A stretch of 59,138 nucleotides of DNA, counting the filler, from Streblomastix strix (taxonomy: Eukaryota): the NCBI GenBank assembly GCA_008636045.1. It is 3 parts of 3 records of this genome, joined end to end, with 100 filler letters (N's around TTAATTAATTAA, not from the genome) between each part and the next. Parts side by side here need not be neighbours in the genome. Positions count along the whole stretch, not along the records: positions 39,506 to 59,138 come from SNRW01000500.1; 2 more parts are not named here. One strand, given 5' to 3'. The notes beneath the pieces are model-generated. The model was not told the origin of the DNA. It ran no database searches and saw nothing but the letters and a program-made list of their open reading frames with translations. Position 1 is the stretch's first letter. Each line of letters begins with the position of its first letter. Below, piece after piece: positions 52,101-59,138 of the stretch. The position numbers were made by a program, and so were the translations under genes.

Positions 52101-53406
52101 CAAGTTAAATGAAAGAAGTGATACTCCTTATGCTGTATCAACAATAGCATATACATTAACTATTTCATCATTTGTATGATCTCAATTATTAGACTATTTG
52201 AATGGGAAATCTGACAATATCATGCTATTCATACTAACGACATGACGAACACGAAGGATATTGTCCAAAATAATACTCTTATCATCAAATGTTTCAGAAT
52301 TTCCTTCCTCAGAGAAAATAAATATATTGGTTTATGCAATTACAACTTTTTCTTTTTCTTTTTCATTTTCAGTTTTAGTCTTATTTTTATTTATCTTCTA
52401 TTTAGCTCTCCATATTTATTCCAATCCATTATCCAATGTAGCTTCGTATCCTTCGCCCCAACCGCACATCTGTGGGATATCTTCTAATGTATCATCCATA
52501 TTCTCAGATATTCCATACATCAGATCAGCTCCAGGACCATCATAAAAAAGACCGACACATACGGATTCATCAATGAAGCAGAATGATCGTGCAAGGATAC
52601 GTTAGGAAAGAAGTGGATCTGCATCGATAATATCTGATGATTGCGAGTCTGAATCTGTTATTTCATTTTCATTCTCATTCACTGGTTTGGATCTTGATAT
52701 TTGGATCGGCTTTGATAGTTGTGTACTTTAACATGAATCTATTGGAATCATTTGGATGTATTATAAAAATGTCTGAAGTATAAATAGAGCAATTATTAAT
52801 AAAATTACATTAAAAATAAATAATTAAATATTATGATCTGATAATAAAAACAAATAAATTTATACTGGATCAACACGGTATCTCCTTCTTAGAGGATTCT
52901 CCATTATACTCAATGCATAATCCAAATATTATCCAGCAGCTAATGGGAAGAATTCATTTTCATGCCACTGGAAAAAAACTCCCTCCCCATTCAAAGAGAT
53001 TATCAGAATACAATCAAGACTAAAATAAAACGATTTAAAAAAAATACACAATTTATTATTATAAAAAATGTATTAATTAACAAACAGGTGTTGTTGGGGT
53101 GCTGCATGAATACTGAATATTTACTTAAAGATGGGTATATGATCAAATAGATTAAAAGTTCCAGATTCTGCATCATAATTAAACAATGAAAGGAATGTTT
53201 GCTGGAATAAAATAAAATAAAATTAAAAATATAATTAATAATAAGTATATGTTGAAAAATATGCTAACTTTTGCTAAAATTAGAGTGAATTATTTTCTAT
53301 TCAAGAAATGTCCAACTGCAACAGATGTTATCTCTCCAGGCTATGACAGAGTTTCAAGAATAATCATATCCTTCCGTTCCTCCACATTTTCAGCCGATAA
53401 ATCCAT
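43200..53406 (-). CDS. Very large multi-exon DDB1/SF3B3(Rse1)/CPSF1-family beta-propeller-like protein with low-complexity inserts
   Basis: N-terminus ETLSQPGEITSVAVGHFLNRKQFTLILAK resembles the start of this family. Short 5' introns, then very long table-6 frames to TGA at 43200. Could be more than one gene. Confidence 0.5.
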
Positions 53407-53767
53407 TTAATAAAAAACTTTTTAGTAATAAAATAGTGTAAAATATAATTTCAAACATAAATAAATTTGTATTTTTACAATATAAAAATATACCGTGAGT
53501 AATTAGCAATTTTTAAAGAAAAAATTATAATTTTTTATTTATAGATAACAGGCATGGAAAAATGATAATTAATATAATTAAGTTATAAGTAATTGAATAA
53601 TAAATATCAATAAATATATTTATTGTTAATACAGTTGTAATTGAGCTTAAAAACAAAGTATAACTATTTCTCTCATTTTAAAGCAAAGTTTAGGTTGTCC
53701 AGTTTAATTAATTAACAATATTATTTTTATAAATAAAAATTAAAAAATACGCTATCAGCAAAAAATT

Positions 53768-53860
53768 CGCGATCTGCAGGATTCGAACCTACGCGGGGAG
53801 ACCCCAGCAGATAGTTAGGAACTTTCTAATCTGCCGCTTTAACCACTCAGCCAAGACCGC
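53768..53860 (-). tRNA. tRNA-Ser(AGA) with an 11-nt intron (53813-53823)
   Basis: Acceptor stem GCGGTCT/AGATCGC, D-arm GGCTGAGTGGTTAAAGC, anticodon stem GCAGA/TCTGC, long variable arm GGGGTCTCCCC, T-loop GGTTCGAATCC, G discriminator, downstream T-run. Confidence 0.95.
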
Positions 53861-54148
53861 AACATGATAAGTCTAAATTTTTAAATATATTTGAGCTTGT
53901 GATTTTTTCATTAAATATTTATGGAATATTAATTGATTAGTATAAATGATATAATTTGAATGAGAATAGATTAAAAAATTCGTAGAAATGAATACCGAAC
54001 GAGTTAACTACTATTTATTTGAAGTTATTGATATTATATTAATAATAATGCCATTGGAGTTCAAAAATTAACTTTTGATATGGAAAATTGCACAACAAGT
54101 AATTTGAATATTAATGATCCATCATATGCTAAGGTTATTTCAAAAGTA

Positions 54149-55470
54149 TCAATCATCTCGATCTTGGAAATCGAAATCTAACTCAAAATCGCTATCATCA
54201 ATTTAAAGAATACTCCGATGATGACCTCCTACAGCCCATTGCTTACCCCATTCCAATGCCTTTGATCCTCTCAAATGCTTTGCTTTGGGAGTTGAGACAC
54301 GTTCAAATTTCGTTATTTTGAAAGAACCACCTTCAAATCTGATAAAGGTCTATGTGTCATTAAATTAATAAAAGATAAATAAAAAAATTGATAAATATTG
54401 ATATTATTAATATAATATTATATTATTTATATACCCATATTCTCACGGTATTTGGAATCTTGACGACATAATTCGGCTACTCAATTCCATTATAGAAAAA
54501 TGTCAGACTTCGCGGATTGGATTCCATGTTGAACTTGAATAAATAAACGGGTAAAATGGTTTAATATTTAAATTTAGATAATAAATTAAAATGAATTCAA
54601 ACCTCTAAAGTCAGACGAATGTTAGTTCCTTCAAAAGATTCGTTTCCCCAAACGCCTAGTTCACCAACATGACCAATCCAACCACTAATAATTAAATACA
54701 AAAAGATATAAAAATTGTGATAAACAAATTAGTAGAATATTTAACAAACTTACTAAAATAACCTGCAATCTTGCCCCATCCTAAAATAGATATTAATCGT
54801 AAATAATAAAATATTTCAAATCATTGTTTATTCCTCTTAAGTTATTTTATTAATAAAACCTTTTGCTTAAGGTTAATCTCCCCTGCGATAGCGAACAGAT
54901 TCGTCAGCAATTCCAATGGCTATATATAAAAATAAATATATATAGAATTAAATATATAAATATTATATCATATAATAAATATAAGAAGCACCTTACAATT
55001 TTGATATATTTAACACTTCTGCTCTCACGATACCACTTTTAATTTCTGGATCAAAAATAATAGTGGCATAATTATTATCTTCAGAAATGTGTTTGAATAT
55101 TTCACCATCGTACACAACTTCTTGTGGAATAGGTAGAATTGGAGATAAAGTTGCTTGATCTAACAATAAAATAAAAAATTAAATTAAATAATAATAAATA
55201 TGATAATATTTATGAACTTTATGGAATTGGTTCAGGGCTTGGAGTTCTTCTTGATTGCGCCTATTAAATCCATTCTACTCGTTCACTTCCAGCAAGTTGT
55301 GAGCTCAACTGTGCAATTTCACCCACAAGACGATGTCGCTCTTCTTCTGCATCATCAGCCCTGCGTTTCTCCCATTAGCGTTGGCTCCTCTCACGGTCTC
55401 TTTCTTCTTCCGCTACTTTTAGTTTTTATTTAAGTTCTTCAATTTCTTGGTCTTTGGAAGATGCGCTCAT
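54149..55470 (-). CDS. Multi-exon coiled-coil plus SPRY-like domain protein
   Basis: ATG at 55470 with a coiled-coil N-terminus. TIIFDPEIKSGIVR, IGIADES, NMESNPRSLTFFYNGIEQPNYVVKIP and EWGKQW are spread over short exons. Confidence 0.65.
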
Positions 55471-55857
55471 TGAAAATCTTAATTTAAATTATTAATAAAA
55501 TAAGAATGTAGGAATGATTAATAGATAAAAAAGGGAATAGAAAATATAAAATTATATTGATTTTTATAGATGTTTCAAAAAATTCGTTTTTTTGAAAAAT
55601 TATCATAAAAAATCATATATATGTGTAAGGATTAAATTAATTGTTTAATAAAATATTGCTGCGTAATATATGGAACACACAATGCTCGAATTTCTTTAAA
55701 AAATTTTGATTTGCAATAAGTTTATTTGAGGAGGCCAAATCAACCTAGAGTAGGTTGACTGGGTGGGTAATTTGGAGTTTTGTGGGTAAGTAAATATATA
55801 TGATATTACAAAAATAGCGTTTTACCTTTTACTGATAAAATTGAAAAAAGGAAAAAA

Positions 55858-56270
55858 AAAATCAAGGAGCCTCGGCGAAGCCGAGGCGATAGAGACGAAT
55901 GAGAACTACACTCTTTTATTCGCTACGTGTTCATATATATACAATATAAATATGGTAATAAGGGATAATAAATTGGTAAAATCTAAGGAAAAATATAAAT
56001 GATCTGTCCCTTGAAGCTGTTGGGAATAAAATTAATAAACAAACAATGTAAATGAGACGAATGTTTGATTAAATTAAAATTAAATAAAAGGGAGGGTATA
56101 GATATTTCATCAGGACAAGATATTTCATTCTGATTATGAAAGCCATTGATCCTCATCATCACTACTCGACCAAGCTTTGGGTGGTTTCAAACGTTATCGA
56201 TCTCTAAGTTCCATTTTAACAGAGGGGCATTCGTCTCTATCGCCTCGGCTTCGCCGAGGCTCCTTGATTT
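55858..56270. repeat. Inverted repeat pair (terminal repeat / ICR) with an internal hairpin
   Basis: aaatcaaggagcctcggcgaagccgaggcgatagagacgaatg (55859-55901) is the exact reverse complement of 56228-56270. Confidence 0.9.
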
Positions 56271-57287
56271 CCCAGAGGAAAATCTGGAGCCCTCGTCGGA
56301 AGACCTCGTCTGCCGAGACGAATGAGAATGTTGGGCAATGTTGTTTGTTTATTAAAGTGGAAGAAGATAATGTTTTCTAAGTACTAACCCTTTTGTTGAG
56401 AGTCTTGATTTTGATGCTATTTATTCTAGAAATACTCCATTGCGTTATGCCTCAGAAAGTCCGGCGGCTTTTAGTGAATATGCGCTGAAGAGGCTCACAT
56501 CCAATGCTGCTTATTTCATGAATTTCTTAATCAGGTTCCTTATATCATCATCGGAAAGTGCTCCAATCTCTCCAATTTTAGTGAATAGATGAGCATCTCT
56601 AGAGTTTGTTCGTCGAATTACTCTATCTTTCAGCTCTTGAATCGATAGCATCAATGAAGTTTAACTTGAGACATTAGGATCTTCATCTAGTGTAATTGTT
56701 GTTGGGACATCGTTTGTCTTTAATTTTGTTTTAATTGAGATTGAATTTTACTCTCTATTCACATTTACAGATCCTATTTCTATCTTCTGCATTTCAGATA
56801 TTCGTAACGAATGTTCCAGTAGTAGTAAGGTGGCTACTTTTGCTTAGAGTGACTATTCCTTGAGCGAAGTGTTTTAGCCTAATTGTTGTAAATAATTCCT
56901 CAAGATTTAAGCTTCCCAAATAAATTTATATTTAGCTTATCTTGGCTCTATCTTCCTTATACCTCGTGCTACTGTCTGCGTGATATAATCTTAGCCAAGT
57001 CTTTTACCCGTTATTAGACCAATAACAGATGAAACTGCACTGCGCATAGATTCACACATACTTCTGTAACATTTCCCTGAGGAGAACAGATCGGACATGC
57101 AGTTCGCTAGATCAATAGGATCATTTGAGATTGGATTGATTCCTTTAACGTTGCACCATGATATCCAATGTTTCAAGGCGGATTAATAATGTGAAAGCGT
57201 TCCTGGAGCATAGGAACCTAAAATCAATTCTTTTGTAGCTGAGCTCCCAGGTTTGAGTTTGAAAATATCTTCTGGTGTTCTAGGTTA
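56187..57287 (-). CDS. DIRS tyrosine recombinase
   Basis: WISWC, RSAVSS, AKYKFIWE, HSLRISE, SAYSLKAAG and LRKHY. The frame is bounded by TGAs at 57288 and 56187 and has no ATG at its start. Confidence 0.85.
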
Positions 57288-59137
57288 TCAAATATCCATG
57301 CTATTAGATTACCTGATGGAAGTGTAGCCTCTGCAGCTTCCATTCCTGGCCCAGCTATGCTGCATTCCCTTGTTGGAGGTAACTTTATCGACATTACTGA
57401 TTTCGATTCGAGGTTCATCCTACAAGGTAGAGTTCTCCAATCTGGAGTAATTAAGATTGCCTTTGCATGATCGTAAATTGGCTTATTAACTACTTAACTT
57501 AAGATTGGAATCGGAGGATGCAACCACCAGATTCTTCCGTCGCCCCAGTTGCTTAAGAGTGCATTTGCTGCTTCTGCTCCAATTTCTTTTTTCCAGGAGA
57601 TGTATATTGGAACTTAACGATTCCATGCTGAAGCAAAGCCGTCTATTTGCGGTTCCAACCTGAGTTGGTCGCAAAGTTGTTTGAAGAACATAGGCTTAAG
57701 CTGGTAGTCTGATCCGTCTTATTGTCTGGAGAGACGGTCGGCCAACAGATTAGTAGCTCCTGGAATATGTCTTGATCTAATTCAAACACCTAGTTGATTA
57801 CAATAGTCGTAAATGTTTGTTAACGTGTTATTCAGGGATATCGATGCTGATCTTTTTTCTAAAATCTGTACCACTGTGGTATTATCTGATTAGATAAGGA
57901 TATCCTTTATTTGGTGGGTTTTTATCGCTTCTGAGAATTTGTTGAGTGCCCATTCTACTGCTTGTAGCTCCCTCTAATTACTAGACAACTTTTTAAGTGA
58001 TTGATCTTGCAGCTGTCGAGCCATTCTCAAGTTTCCTAGTTGTAACCAAGCTCCTAGACCATCTTAGCTGGCATCTGTGGTAAGGGTTGCGTCTTAATGA
58101 AATGGAATTATTGATAGAGCAAAGTCCTGTTGAAGGCGATTTTTCCACCAAAGTAATTCTTGTTCTGCTTCGCTATCCAAGTATGTTGTTGTGGACCAAT
58201 TTACATTACTCACAGCTATGTCTTTACATTTGTTGAGATGTATTAGGCGCATATGTGTTTGAGTCTCGCACATTGCAAGTGATGAAAGAGTCCCGATCAG
58301 AGAAGCTATTGTATATGCTCTTACTCTTTGTTTCCTTCGTTGTTATTTTAATCTTTGAGATACTTTATTTGTTACCTTATATATTCTTTCTTTTGAAGAG
58401 CTTACAATCATCTTACTTGTATCCCAATCGAATCCGAGGTATGTGAATTAATGGGATGGAATGAGGTTAGATTTATTCCATTCTATCGTTAATCCTAGCT
58501 TTCGAAAAAGTAAGATAATCTCTTTTATTCCAGCTAAGGCTTCTGATTCTGTTGTAAATAGGAAATCAAAATCGTCTATGTACGAGACTGTTCTAATTTT
58601 GAGTCTCAATTGAGAGATTATGAGCCTCATTAGTTGTGTGAATATATGTGGGGCAGATGTGAGCCCGAAGCATAGCGTTTTCTGACGGTAATATTGATTA
58701 TTGTATTTGAACCCGAGGTATTTAGAGGATTCTTCGGCCATTGGTACATGAAAATAAGCTGACTTAAGATCTAGTGTTGAAACCAGATCGTTATGTTACA
58801 AATTATCTCTTAACGTCCGTTTGTCTTCCATTTTGAAATGGATTTAATTGATATATTAATTTAGATTTCGGCAATCCATTATTTTTCTGTACACCCCAGA
58901 AGATTTTGGGTTAACAAAGATTGGATTAAGAAGAAGAATTTCCTATTCTCTGCAAGGTGTTATAATTTATTCCTTTAATTCTTCGTTTATTAGCTAGTCT
59001 AGTGCTTCCATTTCCTATAAGTTATGAGTGAGAATTTGAGAGTAACCCTTTGATGATGGAGGTTTATCCGCCCAATCTATTTGAATACCTTAATTAAGAT
59101 TGAATTTGCAATTTATTTCTTTCCATTGTAATGTTTT
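57224..59137 (-). CDS. DIRS RT / RNase H / MT-like ORF, 5' partial
   Basis: MDCRNLN, LDLKSAYFH, LCFGL, SYIDD, TTDASQDGLG, SSNQREL, NLLADRLSR, LHPPIP and ITPDW. Confidence 0.93.
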
Positions 59138-59138
59138 A

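Larger units (their letters stand above)
55858..59138 (-). mobile_element. Second DIRS-type retrotransposon (different family), 5' part outside the window
   Basis: RT/RNase H/MT and YR ORFs on the minus strand, followed by inverted-repeat terminal structures. Confidence 0.92.

Noticed and set aside
1..59138. Treating the supplied 60-150 aa ORFs as individual genes
   Set aside because: They are standard-code fragments or antisense shadows. Conserved domains run through TAA/TAG, so table 6 applies.

Overview
AT-rich eukaryotic DNA in which TAA/TAG read as Gln and TGA is the only stop (translation table 6). The supplied standard-code ORF track therefore fragments nearly every gene. The code, short GT-AG introns and gene families fit an oxymonad such as Streblomastix (inference). 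Three contigs are joined by artificial 100-nt N/TTAATTAATTAA spacers (19656-19755, 39406-39505). Contig 1 holds a fold-back element with 47-bp GGGTTAG repeats, an intact pogo-like DD35D transposon, and a >15.8-kb decayed endogenous Polinton-like virus. That virus carries a prim-pol/SF3-helicase gene, a phage-like fibre, putative major and minor capsid genes, KilA-N, AT-hook, rve integrase and HNH genes. Contig 2 holds a Gag-like ORF, host helical-repeat genes, a full-length DIRS retrotransposon and the left end of a second Polinton-like element with two HNH genes. Contig 3 holds host genes (TmcB/C-like, DDB1/SF3B3/CPSF1-like, SPRY-like), an intron-containing tRNA-Ser(AGA) and a second, truncated DIRS. 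The most notable observations are that both virus-like elements start with an AGTAGT-headed segment that folds back on itself, and that a dispersed ~90-120 bp repeat brackets gene modules of element 1 in inverted pairs. All translations and alignments were done by eye; no database searches were run.
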